NCBI GenBank assembly: GCA_963716175.1
Contig: OY970296.1
Location: 3,168,001-3,232,000, forward strand
Source: an uncultured Armatimonadetes bacterium
Lineage (GTDB): Bacteria > Armatimonadota > Hebobacteria > Hebobacterales > Hebobacteraceae
Length of the DNA: 64,000 nt
Direction: 5' to 3'
Shown here: in pieces, positions 42,596 through 52,709 of the stretch
Position numbering within the stretch: the stretch's first letter is position 1
Layout of the letters: each line of letters opens with the position of its first letter
The notes under the pieces: generated by a model
What the model was told of the DNA's origin: nothing
The model's input: the letters and a program-made list of their open reading frames with translations, nothing else
Database searches by the model: none
Translations under genes and position numbers: made by a program

Positions 42596-42754
42596 CTACT
42601 TGCAGCAGGACTCCTTGGTCTCCTTCTTCTCGGTCTCGCAGGTTTCTTTCTTCTCCGTCTCGCAAGACTGCTTGGTTTCCTTCTTCTCGGTCTCGCAGGT
42701 CTCTTTCTTCTCCGTCTCGCAAGTCTGCTTCTTTTCCTTCTCTTCGCATCCCAT
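42596..42754 (-). CDS. 52-aa Cys/Glu/Lys/Thr repeat peptide
   Basis: TAAGGAG RBS; MGCEEKEKKQTCETEKKETCETEKKETKQSCETEKKETCETEKKETKESCCK. Confidence 0.7.
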   Translation of the reverse strand: MGCEEKEKKQTCETEKKETCETEKKETKQSCETEKKETCETEKKETKESCCK

Positions 42755-42951
42755 TCTGCTCTCTCCTTAGTAAGGTGCTTTGCGCCTGGATTCGCCAGGG
42801 CAGTGGCTTCCTCCTGCTGGACTTTGCCACTCTGGGTACGCTAGCAGCAACACCCCCCGTGGCGCCCGTGGTGCCCGCAGGGGCCCATTATATCTTTGAA
42901 GGCCATCAGGAGCAGACCCACGGCGACTGCCGCGATCGCCCCGACCAGGAG

Positions 42952-43695
42952 CTACCGCCGGCCGCTCTCCCCTCGCTTCCGCTCGCCCTCAATCCGATCC
43001 AGCTCGGCGAAGGTCTTCCTGATGTACTCGACCGTCCTCCGGGTCGCCTCCCGGAGGCTCTGCTCTCCCTGCTCGGCCGAGGCCCTGCTGGGCGCGCCCC
43101 ACAGGCCGGTCGGGCTCACACCCCGAGTCCCGACGTAGTCGAAGAACTCGCGTCCCTGCGAGGGGGCGAAGTCCGGCCTCGCCCGGTCCATCTTCACCAG
43201 CTCCGGACGTAGGTGCATGATGAGGGAGGTCTCGCTCTGGCCTGCGTGCAGTTCGGCGAATTCGCCCTGCTCTACGGTGAACGCGTCGGGTCCGCTCCAG
43301 ATCACCTGCACACCCCTGCGGTCCAGGTTGATCTCCCTTAGTGTGGGCTTGATGATCCAGTTCCCACCGTGCGCCACCAGCAGCACCACCTTGTTGATGC
43401 CATGGTAGTGCAAAGCGCCCACCAGGTCCTCGATCACTGCCGCCAGAGTGGCAGGCCGAAGCCACACCGTGCCGAAGAAATCCATGTGTTCGCGGGCGCA
43501 GCTGAACGGCAGGGCCGGCAGCAGGTAGCAATTCTCCAGCTCCCTTGCCACCCGCTCGCCCAGGGCCTGGGCCACCAGGTAGTCCGTGGCCAGCGGCAGC
43601 TGGTAGCTGTGCTGCTCGATGGAGCCGATGGGAAGGATGGCGATCTGCGGCTTCGCCTGCTCGATCTCGTGAAACGTATTCTCCCAGGTGACCAT
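42952..43695 (-). CDS. Creatininase family amidohydrolase
   Basis: LPIGSIEQH..LPLATD, EHMDFFGT, AHGGN, HAGQSETS. Confidence 0.9.
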   Translation of the reverse strand: MVTWENTFHEIEQAKPQIAILPIGSIEQHSYQLPLATDYLVAQALGERVARELENCYLLPALPFSCAREHMDFFGTVWLRPATLAAVIEDLVGALHYHGINKVVLLVAHGGNWIIKPTLREINLDRRGVQVIWSGPDAFTVEQGEFAELHAGQSETSLIMHLRPELVKMDRARPDFAPSQGREFFDYVGTRGVSPTGLWGAPSRASAEQGEQSLREATRRTVEYIRKTFAELDRIEGERKRGESGRR

Positions 43696-43844
43696 CTCGC
43701 TGCCTCCTGGCGGGATATTCAGAGCCGGGGGCCGGCGCTCCTGCTGCCGGTCCACCTGAGGGTCGCGTGGCAGCAACTTTGACGAAGGATATGCTAGCTG
43801 CATGTGGCAGTTACATGGTAGGATGGTACTAGGCGGGTAACGGG

Positions 43845-46157
43845 ATGCAGGCCACGGTGCCGACAACTGAAGAGCAGCGGGTTCAGGCCCAGGCGCTGCC
43901 AGCGGATGTCGCGGCTTGGCTGAAAGAGCAACTGCCAGACGAGCAGGTGCGCTTGAGCCAGTACGCGGACCTGCACGGGCCCGGCCACTTTGGCGTCGCC
44001 TGGGTGGCGGCCACTGACAGCTCCCTGGTGGGAATGCGGGAGGATGCGGATGGCCTGAAGCTGCAGGCGCGGGTGCCCCTGGAGCAGATCGAAGCCCTGG
44101 AGCTGCGGGAGTTTGTGGGCAACGGCCGGCTGGAGGCGGTGACCGCCGAGGGCAAGGTCGCCATGGTGCGGTTCACCCGCTCCCTGGCGCGGCCCATGGA
44201 GCAGGTCAGCCGCGAGTTCGCGCGGCTCGCCACTGAGCGCCGGGCCACCGTGGGCAAGCCGGCGGTGGCGCTGACCGGTGATGTGGGCGAGCGGACCGCG
44301 GCGCGGTGTGCCATCTGCGGGCGCGTGCTCAGCCAGGAGGGGGTCTGTTCCCAGTGCTTGGACCGGCAGCAGCTGGCCTGGCGCATGCTGAACTTCATCC
44401 GGCCCTACAGCTTTCAGGCGATCATGGGCCTGGTGCTGGCCGGGGCCGCCACCTTCGTCTCCTTGCTGCCTCCCTGGTTCACGAAGACCCTGATAGATGA
44501 TGTCCTGATCAAGGGCCAGGGCCAACTGCTGGGCCCCATCACGGCCTGGCTGGCGGTCATTTATATCTTCCGCTCGGCGCTGAGCTATGCCCGCTCCTAT
44601 CTGCTGGCCTGGCTGGGCCAGCGAGTGGTGGCCGATGTGCGGTCCCGCACTTACCGCCACCTGCAGCAGCTCTCGGTTGGCTTCTACGAGCGCCGCCAGA
44701 CCGGTCAGCTGATGTCTCGCTTGACCCACGACACCGGCCACATCCAGGATTTCGTGGCCGACTACATGCAAGAGATCGTGGTGCAGTCATTCACCGTCAT
44801 CATCATCATGGCCATCCTGCTGTGGCAGTCGCCCATGCTCACCCTGTTCGCGCTCCTCCCGGTGCCTCTGATCGTGCTCACCACCACCATGATCCGGCAG
44901 CGCGTCCGCCGCTACTACCGGAGCGTGCGCCGGCGCATGGGCGGAATGCAGGCCGTGCTCGCCGACGCCATCCCGGGGGTGCGGGTGGTGAAGGCCTTCG
45001 CCCAGGAAGATCGGGAGAGCGAGCGGTTCGACGTCCGCAACGAGGGCTACACCCAGACCAGCATCAGCGCCGCCCGGCTGCGCAGCGGGTTCATGGCGAT
45101 CGTGGCCCTGATCACCTCCCTGGGCTCTCTCCTGGTGTGGTACTTCGGCGGGACGATGAGCCTTCAGGGGACGCTCACGGTCGGCACCATCGTGCTCTTC
45201 ACCAGCTATATCTGGCAGCTCTACGGGCCCATCGGGCAGATCAGCAACATGTACGAGCGCTTCCAGTTCGCCGCCACCGCGGCCGAGCGCGTGTTCGAGG
45301 TGCTCGACACCCAGTCCGAGCTAGAGCAGACCGGCCAGCGCCGCTCCGCCTCCGGGCTGGAAGGAGCGATCCGGTTCGACCGCGTTTCCTTTAGCTATGA
45401 GGACGGCGCCCCGGTATTGTCCGACATCTGCCTGGACGTGGCGCCGGGAGAGATGATCGGGCTGGTGGGCCGGACCGGCGTGGGCAAGACCACCATCATC
45501 AACCTGCTCTGCCGGTTCTATGATCCCGACCGGGGCGTGATCTATGTGGACGGCCAGGATCTGCGCGATTACGACCTCCGCTCCTGGCGCAGCCAGATCG
45601 GGATGGTGCTGCAAGAGCCCTTCCTCTTCCACGGCAGCATCGCCGACAACATCGCCTATGGGCGGTCGGATGCCAGCGAGCGGGAGATCATCGCTGCCGC
45701 CAGGGCGGCGAACGCACACGAGTTCATCATGGGGCTGGCCGACGCCTATGACACCCAGGTCGGGGAGCGGGGAGTGCGCCTCTCCGGGGGAGAGCGCCAG
45801 CGGATTTCCATTGCCCGCGCCATCCTGCACAACCCGCGGCTCTTGATCTTCGACGAGGCCACCTCCTCGGTTGACACCGAGACCGAGATGCTGATCCAGA
45901 CCGCGATCCAGCGCCTGGTGGCAGACCGGACCACCTTCGCCATCGCCCATCGGCTGTCCACGCTGCGGCATGCCCACCGCATTGTGGTGTTGGAGGAAGG
46001 CCGGGTGGCCGAGGTGGGCACGCACGATCAGCTGATGGCGCAGTCGGGGACCTATGCCCGGCTGGTGGAGGCCCAGAGCCGGATGGCCGCCCACGGCGTG
46101 CCGGTGGAGAACGAGGATCACGAGGCCGAGACGGACAACGGCGAGTACGGTGTGTGA
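43845..46157 (+). CDS. ABC exporter (fused TMD+NBD) with N-terminal extension and CxxC-x9-CxxC
   Basis: GRTGVGKT Walker [15 protein letters not shown]; TM domain. Confidence 0.93.
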   Translation: MQATVPTTEEQRVQAQALPADVAAWLKEQLPDEQVRLSQYADLHGPGHFGVAWVAATDSSLVGMREDADGLKLQARVPLEQIEALELREFVGNGRLEAVTAEGKVAMVRFTRSLARPMEQVSREFARLATERRATVGKPAVALTGDVGERTAARCAICGRVLSQEGVCSQCLDRQQLAWRMLNFIRPYSFQAIMGLVLAGAATFVSLLPPWFTKTLIDDVLIKGQGQLLGPITAWLAVIYIFRSALSYARSYLLAWLGQRVVADVRSRTYRHLQQLSVGFYERRQTGQLMSRLTHDTGHIQDFVADYMQEIVVQSFTVIIIMAILLWQSPMLTLFALLPVPLIVLTTTMIRQRVRRYYRSVRRRMGGMQAVLADAIPGVRVVKAFAQEDRESERFDVRNEGYTQTSISAARLRSGFMAIVALITSLGSLLVWYFGGTMSLQGTLTVGTIVLFTSYIWQLYGPIGQISNMYERFQFAATAAERVFEVLDTQSELEQTGQRRSASGLEGAIRFDRVSFSYEDGAPVLSDICLDVAPGEMIGLVGRTGVGKTTIINLLCRFYDPDRGVIYVDGQDLRDYDLRSWRSQIGMVLQEPFLFHGSIADNIAYGRSDASEREIIAAARAANAHEFIMGLADAYDTQVGERGVRLSGGERQRISIARAILHNPRLLIFDEATSSVDTETEMLIQTAIQRLVADRTTFAIAHRLSTLRHAHRIVVLEEGRVAEVGTHDQLMAQSGTYARLVEAQSRMAAHGVPVENEDHEAETDNGEYGV

Positions 46158-46684
46158 TGGCACCGGACACTGAATTCGAGTTCGGCCGTACGGTGCGTGA
46201 GGTGCCAGTGCTGGACCCCGGCAGCGTGAAAGCGCGGCTGGACCAGCAGGGCCGGGTGCGGCTGACCTTGCGGGAGGCCGAAGAGCATGTCAACGTGCGC
46301 GTGGTGCCGGCCTTCCCCATCACCCGGCCCGATCATTTCATCTACTTCCAGGACGAATCCGGCAAGGAGCTGGGCCTGCTGGTGGAGCCGCGCCGCCTGG
46401 ACCGGGAGTCGCGGGATCTGATTCTGGCGCAAGCGGACCAGGCCTACTTCATGCCCCGCATCACCCGCATCATCCGGGTGGACGAGCAGGCAGGCGTGGC
46501 GACCTGGGAAGTGGAGACCGACCGCGGCTGGAGCCGGTTCGAGACGGTGCCCCGGGGCGAGTCCACCTGGTTTGTGGGCCGCGACCGGGTGCTGATCCGG
46601 GACGTGGACGGCAACCGCTATCTGATCGAGGAGCTGGGTAAGCTCGATCTGCGCAGCCGCCGCTGGGCCGAGCTCTACCTCTAA
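46157..46684 (+). CDS. DUF1854-like protein
   Basis: AFPIT, YFMPRITRI, WEVETDRG, DVDGNRY; coupled to the ABC gene. Confidence 0.8.
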   Translation: MAPDTEFEFGRTVREVPVLDPGSVKARLDQQGRVRLTLREAEEHVNVRVVPAFPITRPDHFIYFQDESGKELGLLVEPRRLDRESRDLILAQADQAYFMPRITRIIRVDEQAGVATWEVETDRGWSRFETVPRGESTWFVGRDRVLIRDVDGNRYLIEELGKLDLRSRRWAELYL

Positions 46685-46777
46685 TGGCGTTCGCACAAAG
46701 AAGTAATGTGCGAACGCCGCTCTGGGCCCGTCTGAGCAGTTGCCTGAGCTTCGCCCGCTTGCTTCTTTGAGCGAAGC

Positions 46778-47662
46778 TCAGTAGCTGCGTCTGCGCAGCA
46801 GACTCTCCAGCACCGGCTTGATCTTCCCCCACTCGCTGGACCGCGCATAGCTGACCGGCACTCCGTCATCCGTTAGCCGCAGCCGACCGGACGCATCCAT
46901 GGCCACCCGCAGCTCATCGAAGAGGAACGCCTCCGGCGCCACCAGCGACAGCAGCGTGATGGCATCGAACAGCGTGAGCGGAGCCTCCTCCCGCACCGTC
47001 CCTCCCCGGTTGCGGTATTCCCGGTAGCAGTCGAGCAAAAAGGCCGAGGCTGGGTCCGCCGGGTTCAGCAATGCTTCCACCTCCGGCCTGGTCAGGATGT
47101 CGCTGCACGCCTCCAGCCCCACCAGCTTCGGGTTAGTCCTCTGGAAAACCAGCTTCGCCCCTACCGGGTCGCACCAGATATTGTACTCCGGCGCATTGCG
47201 CTCCGGATCCCCTTCCAGGCGGCCGGCCATGCACGTCACCGATCGCCAGCAGCTCGCGATCCCCGGATCGCTGGCAAGCATGCGGCCGATGTTGGTCAGG
47301 GGCCCGATGGTGATCAGATCGAACTCCTCCGCCACCCTCATCGCGGCGGCGATCGAGCTGGCGCGAAGCTCATCGTGCTCTGCTGAGAGGCGAGCCAGAT
47401 GGACCGGCGCCAGCGTCTCATAGGAGGGCAGCTCCTCGGGAGGAGCCTGGCCGCCCAGGGGGGTGATCGCCCCCGCGAGCACCGGCAGATCCAGCCCCGC
47501 TCGGCTCAGCAGCTCCTGCGCCAGCCACTGCCGCGCCTCTACCCGGCCATAGACCGTGGAGACTCCTACCACCTCGATCTCGGGGTGCCGGGCCGCGCAC
47601 AGCAGCGCCACCGCGTCATCTATGTCTGAGCCGATGTCAGTGTCAATCCACACCTTGCGCAT
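46778..47662 (-). CDS. Nucleoside hydrolase (IU-NH family)
   Basis: IDTDIGSDIDDAVAL, IGPLTN, EYNIWCDP. Confidence 0.9.
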   Translation of the reverse strand: MRKVWIDTDIGSDIDDAVALLCAARHPEIEVVGVSTVYGRVEARQWLAQELLSRAGLDLPVLAGAITPLGGQAPPEELPSYETLAPVHLARLSAEHDELRASSIAAAMRVAEEFDLITIGPLTNIGRMLASDPGIASCWRSVTCMAGRLEGDPERNAPEYNIWCDPVGAKLVFQRTNPKLVGLEACSDILTRPEVEALLNPADPASAFLLDCYREYRNRGGTVREEAPLTLFDAITLLSLVAPEAFLFDELRVAMDASGRLRLTDDGVPVSYARSSEWGKIKPVLESLLRRRSY

Positions 47663-47863
47663 CTCGCTTACCCTTTCTTGCCCGCCTCCGGCGGGCCCGG
47701 CGGTTCGTCTGCTCTTGCTGCAGGCCGCGCCAGAACGCAACAGGCCCCGGTTGTGTCCCCTCCTGCCGGCGCCAACCTGGGCCTATCGCGAGGTTCGCTC
47801 CTTCCGCTAGGATTCCTCGGCCGGCGAGAGGACCGGCAGCCAGCAAGGGCTAAAACTCCGCAC

Positions 47864-48925
47864 ATGGGACGATCACCAGCACCAAGCATCATCATCACCG
47901 GGGGCGCGGGCTTCCTGGGCTGCCATCTTGCCGCCGGTCTGGCCGGGCGCGCCGGGAGGCTGACCCTGATAGACGTGGCCCCCTTTGTCGCCGACGAATA
48001 CCCGCCCGGGGCCGAGCTGGTGCAGGCCGACGTGCGCGACGCGGCCGCCCTGGGCCAGGTCGTGGCCGCACATCCCTGCGATGTCGTCATACACGCCGCC
48101 GCCGCGCTGCCTCTGTGGACGCGCGAGGACATCTTCGGGGTGAATGTGGAGGGCACGCGGAATGTGCTCGCGGCGGCCCTCGCCTATGGGGTGAAGCGCG
48201 TGGTTTTCATCTCCTCTACTGCGGTCTACGGTGTCCCCAAGAAGCACCCGATTGAGGAGGACGATCCCCTGATCGGCGTCGGGCCCTATGGGGAGAGCAA
48301 GATCCAGGCGGAGCGGCTTTGCGAGGAGTATCGCATCAAGGGCTTGTGCGTGCCGATCATCCGCCCAAAGACCTTCATCGGCACCGGGCGGCTGGGGGTG
48401 TTCGCCATCCTCTACGACTGGGTGAAGAGCGGCGTCCGCATCCCGGTCATTGGTTCGGGGAAGAACCGTTATCAACTGCTGGAGGTGGAGGACCTGGTAG
48501 AGGCGATCTGGCTCGCCTGCGCCGCGCCCGCGGAGAAAGCGAACGTCGCCTTCAACGTCGGGGCGAAGCGGTTCGGCACCGTCCAGGAGGACGTGGGCGC
48601 GCTCTGCCAGTACGCGGGCAGCGGCGCGCGGGTGATGGCGACCCCGGCCTGGCTGGTGAAAGCGCTGCTGCGGTTCTTCGAGTTGGTCAAGCTGTCGCCG
48701 CTCTACAAGTGGGTCTATGGCACCGCCGACAAGGACTCGTTTGTCTCCAGCGAGCGCATCGAGCGGGCGCTGGGCTGGTCGCCGCGTTACAGCAATGCAG
48801 AAGCCCTGATCCGGTCCTATCAGTGGTACCTAGACCACTACACCGAGGTGGAGCAGGCCGTCGGCATCACCCACCGGGTGGCCTGGAAGCAGGGCGTGCT
48901 CAAGCTGTTGAAACGCCTGCTCTGA
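47864..48925 (+). CDS. NAD-dependent epimerase/dehydratase
   Basis: ITGGAGFLG, SSTAVYG, YGESK. Confidence 0.92.
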   Translation: MGRSPAPSIIITGGAGFLGCHLAAGLAGRAGRLTLIDVAPFVADEYPPGAELVQADVRDAAALGQVVAAHPCDVVIHAAAALPLWTREDIFGVNVEGTRNVLAAALAYGVKRVVFISSTAVYGVPKKHPIEEDDPLIGVGPYGESKIQAERLCEEYRIKGLCVPIIRPKTFIGTGRLGVFAILYDWVKSGVRIPVIGSGKNRYQLLEVEDLVEAIWLACAAPAEKANVAFNVGAKRFGTVQEDVGALCQYAGSGARVMATPAWLVKALLRFFELVKLSPLYKWVYGTADKDSFVSSERIERALGWSPRYSNAEALIRSYQWYLDHYTEVEQAVGITHRVAWKQGVLKLLKRLL

Positions 48926-50462
48926 TTGGCAGGGCGTTTTTGCCCCTCAGGTCCTTTCCAGCCCATGCTATCTCGATCTCATACTTCCGGTCCTTCGACG
49001 GGGCGCGCCAGTTGTCGCAGGCCACCGTCACCTTGAAATCAAGCTCTTGGAGAAGCCACCTCTTCTCTGGTAGTGTCATCGTGTCGAGTCGCCCGGCCAG
49101 GCCAGTGACTCTCTCGGCGACGGCGGCGGCGACCCGCTCCCGCAGCTCCGCGTCCTCGATCAAGGGCTCGATCTCTGCCAGGCGTGCCGCCCACTCCTCC
49201 TTGTCCTCCTCGATGTCCTTGCGGTGCGCAGCCAGCTCCGCAGCCGTGATCTCCTCGCCAGCACGCATCCGAATGTAGCGGTCAAGCTTCGCGTCCAGTT
49301 CCTTGAGCCTCCGCCTCAGCCGCTCGCGCTCCTCGCGGTACTCCGGCACCTTCCGGTCCTGCGTCCGCGCCATGTAGACCGCGGCCATCCTCGGGTCCGC
49401 CACCAGCTCCTCGATCAGGCCCCACACCTTCGCGTCGATGGGCGCCGCCGGCACGTAGCGCTCACGACAGGGCCTGCCCACGTTCGCCTTCCTCTGACAG
49501 CAGGAGTAGTAGCCCAACAGGGGCGCCTCCTGCACCATGCGGCCGAACATCTTCGACCCGCACTCCGCGCAGTGAATCACGCCGCCCAGCAGGAAGTTGT
49601 GCAGGAGCTTGCGCCGCGATCTGTGCTTGTGATAGCGGAGAGCCTTCTGCGCTTTCGCCCAGGTGGCCTCGCTCACCGCCGCCCCTGGTGTCAGGTCGGC
49701 CCGGGCGAAGCAGGCCTCCTCAACCTCCGGCGCCGATATGCGCCACTCGCCCTTGTACCGCGGATCCCTCAGCAGTTCTCGCACCACTGAGGGCCTCCAC
49801 GGCCGATGCGTCCTGGCGAACAGCCGGCGCCCGTTCAGCTCGTCACTGATCTCGCGCGTACCCTTGCCCCGGCAGGACAGGTCGAAGATCAGCCGCACCG
49901 TCGCCAGCTCCTCTTCGCAGGCCGCCGGGCGGCCGCACACCCCCCGCCGCTCGCCCCGCTGCCAGCGATACCCGAACGGTTCCTGCCACACCGAGAACTC
50001 GCCCCGTGCCGCCCTGCCCTGCTTGCCGGTCTTGGTGCGCCGGTAGATGTCGTCGGCCTCCCGCTGCGCCTTCCATGAGCCGATCATGGACACCAGCACG
50101 TCAATGTCGTCGCCGAAGTCCACGTCGCCCCGCGGGGTATGCACCCGAACCCCGGCCGCCTTCAGCCGCGCCGCGATCATCGGCCATACAAGCTGATTCC
50201 TGGCGAGCCGGTCCTGGTCATAGACGACGAGGTGCTTGAACCGTCCGGCCTCCGCGTCGTCCAGCAGTCGGCGCAGCGCCGGCCTGTTGCTGAGGTCATC
50301 CTTGCGCGCGGACTTACCGGCGTCCTCGTAGACCTCACTTAGCGGCCAGCCTGCCCGCTTGCAGACCTCGCGCCCCTGCCGGTCTTGCTCCGGCAAGCTC
50401 ACCGCGTCGAGCGTCGCCTGGCCTTGTGAGCTTACTCTGGTGTAAATCGCTGCCTTCGTCAT
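48900..50462 (-). CDS. Large serine recombinase (integrase)
   Basis: AAIYTRVSS catalytic Ser, DRLAR, recombinase domain, CAECG..YYSC zinc ribbon, coiled coil. Confidence 0.95.
   Translation of the reverse strand: MTKAAIYTRVSSQGQATLDAVSLPEQDRQGREVCKRAGWPLSEVYEDAGKSARKDDLSNRPALRRLLDDAEAGRFKHLVVYDQDRLARNQLVWPMIAARLKAAGVRVHTPRGDVDFGDDIDVLVSMIGSWKAQREADDIYRRTKTGKQGRAARGEFSVWQEPFGYRWQRGERRGVCGRPAACEEELATVRLIFDLSCRGKGTREISDELNGRRLFARTHRPWRPSVVRELLRDPRYKGEWRISAPEVEEACFARADLTPGAAVSEATWAKAQKALRYHKHRSRRKLLHNFLLGGVIHCAECGSKMFGRMVQEAPLLGYYSCCQRKANVGRPCRERYVPAAPIDAKVWGLIEELVADPRMAAVYMARTQDRKVPEYREERERLRRRLKELDAKLDRYIRMRAGEEITAAELAAHRKDIEEDKEEWAARLAEIEPLIEDAELRERVAAAVAERVTGLAGRLDTMTLPEKRWLLQELDFKVTVACDNWRAPSKDRKYEIEIAWAGKDLRGKNALPIRAGVSTA
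48934..48951 (+). repeat. Candidate att site (left)
   Basis: GCGTTTTTGCCCCTCAGG matches 57194-57211 at 16/18. Confidence 0.5.
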
Positions 50463-50716
50463 CTATGCCCCTCCTGTCTGGGCCGGCGGCCAGCCGGTGA
50501 GGGGGTGTGCCGGCCAGCCGCGCGGCCCGATGTGATCGCGGTTCACCGGGCAGGGCGGCCTCCCGAGAGTGAGGGTCAAAGGGCCCCTCGGAAAGCGCAA
50601 GCCCCGCCCGGCAGACACCGCGTCAGGTGGTAAGGCCAGACGTAGTGCAACACGGACGGGGCGAATAGGTTCTCTACCAGAGTATGGTGTCTGCACCGTC
50701 TGACCTTACCGCCCCG

Positions 50717-50745
50717 ATTCTAAGCCACCAGGCCCGATCTGTCAA
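50717..50745 (-). promoter_or_regulatory. Near-consensus sigma70 promoter upstream of the integrase leader
   Basis: TTGACA-17 bp-TAGAAT on the minus strand. Confidence 0.7.
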
Positions 50746-51192
50746 GCACGAAAACCGCCCAATCCACCTGCACCTCCACCCCATGCCCAGCACGAACCGC
50801 CCCGCACATCGCCACCTGCGAGGCCATTTCCGGCCGAACGTCCAGAATCGCCCAGGAATCGGCTTTGCCGGGGCCGCACCCACCACCCATGCCAGGCGCT
50901 AATCGCCTGCCCTGCCGCCACCAGTGCAGCCAGGGCAGGCCTTGTGGCGGCCTCGCGCCTCCAAGCAGGGAGGGCCGCCGCCTCCAGACAGACGGCGGCC
51001 CTCAACCCGGCGGCGCCGCCCCCGACGTCGGGGAAAAGTCGAGCCCGCTCCCGCGATCCCACGGGAGAAGGGCGGCGCCACTGATGCCGCCTCGGCGGAT
51101 CAGACCGCGGCTGCCAAAGTCAAGTCAGGTGGGGCCGGCCTGCCACCGGCGCGACCGGCCCCCGGCCTCTGGCTCGCAGGCGCGGCCGAGGC

Positions 51193-52449
51193 CTACACCA
51201 GACACACGAACGGCGAAACCTGGGTCAGACCGTCGGCAAGCGTGATAGGCGCGCGAAGCCACGGCTGCCCATCGGTGCAGGCGAACGCCTTCAACACGCT
51301 GCGGTTCTGAATGAAGTTCGTGCCGTGCGCGTTGGTCATGTCCACGGTCAGGTTCGTGCCGTCTTTGCAGATGTAGTACGACCAGTCCACCAGCAGCACG
51401 TCGCCCGCGGTCCCGAGCACCGGCGCGGCGTCCCATATGTCCACGGGAAAACCGAGCACCGAGCCCCAGGCGTTGGCCGAGGGCTGCCATAGAGGAGTCA
51501 GCCCGCCCGGCAGAGTCGCCATCGCGATCTGCGCGATCACGGTCTGACTGATGATCCACCGCTTCTGCCTACCGCGCGAAGCAGCGACCATGTTCACGAA
51601 GTCGGCGTAGGCCACCGCGCCCGGGCCGGCCCGCGTGACGTTGATCGTCGCCGGATGGCCGATCACGCCCAGCGGTTTCGCCACGCCATCGCCGGCCAAG
51701 TAGGCGTCATCCATCGTCGCCGCGATGGCCTGCGCGAACAACCCGCCCAGGAGCGCGGACACGCCGGGCACGTTCCGGATCAGCTTGTCCGTCAGTTCGG
51801 TGTACCCGGCCAGTTCGTTGGGCTTCAGGGTCAGCTCGCCGAAGGTGGGCTGAGACTCGGGCTTCGCCGCGCCCTCCCCGATCCACGAAACGGTCACGCC
51901 GCCGAACCGCCCGGCCGTGTAGTCGAGCAGCGGCATTTCGATTGCCGCGTCCGGCTGCTGGTCCGACCGGGGCGCATACCGCGCATAGGGCCGGACAAGT
52001 GACTGGTAGGTGATCGCCTCCACCAGCGCGTCGCTCCACTGAGTCGGAACCAAGAAGCCGCCGCTCGCGCCTGTTTGCACTTCCAGCGCGCGGGTGTTCA
52101 GCGCCTGAAGTCGGGAGTCACCGGGGTTCGCGTTCAGCGTCCGGATGAAATCGCCGAAGCTGTCGAAGCCACCGGCCGCCGAGTCCAGCGCCCGCAGCTC
52201 GGAGTCCGGCCGCCGCTCGGCGACGCCGCCGAGGTTGATCGCGGCCCGCTGCGCCGACAGGGAAGCCTGGTCGCGCTGCCCTTCGAGCGCCGTGATGCGA
52301 TCCACCACGGAGGTGCGAATCCGGGCGATCTCGTCCCGGAACTGCCGCACCACATCCTCGTCGCCGCCGGGCAGTGCCAGTCGCGCCCCGCAATCGCAAA
52401 AGAGTCGCGTACCGTCATACTGCTTGCCGCACTTCGGACAGACCTGCAT
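51193..52449 (-). CDS. HK97-family phage major capsid protein with N-terminal zinc ribbon
   Basis: GGFLVP, WIGEGAAKPESQPTF, GDGVAKPLGVI; N-terminal CPKC..CDC. Confidence 0.9.
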   Translation of the reverse strand: MQVCPKCGKQYDGTRLFCDCGARLALPGGDEDVVRQFRDEIARIRTSVVDRITALEGQRDQASLSAQRAAINLGGVAERRPDSELRALDSAAGGFDSFGDFIRTLNANPGDSRLQALNTRALEVQTGASGGFLVPTQWSDALVEAITYQSLVRPYARYAPRSDQQPDAAIEMPLLDYTAGRFGGVTVSWIGEGAAKPESQPTFGELTLKPNELAGYTELTDKLIRNVPGVSALLGGLFAQAIAATMDDAYLAGDGVAKPLGVIGHPATINVTRAGPGAVAYADFVNMVAASRGRQKRWIISQTVIAQIAMATLPGGLTPLWQPSANAWGSVLGFPVDIWDAAPVLGTAGDVLLVDWSYYICKDGTNLTVDMTNAHGTNFIQNRSVLKAFACTDGQPWLRAPITLADGLTQVSPFVCLV

Positions 52450-52709
52450 GGTCTGCTCACTTTCCGACCTGCCCGGCCACCGCGGCCGGGTCAGGTCTCA
52501 CGCTTAGTGTGCATCCGCCGAGAGGTGGCTATGCCGGCCTCCCTGCGCTCGACTGCCGGCCCGGAAACAAGCGTGGTGGCCGCCGTCGCGAACGGCGAAT
52601 CCGTCGCCTGCCCCCGGGTGGCTCTGCCGGCCCGGTTGGGAGGTGGTGTCCTGCCGCGGCCGCGACAGTCCCGGCCTCCGTCCCCGGGTGGCGTATGCAC
52701 CAACGCCCC

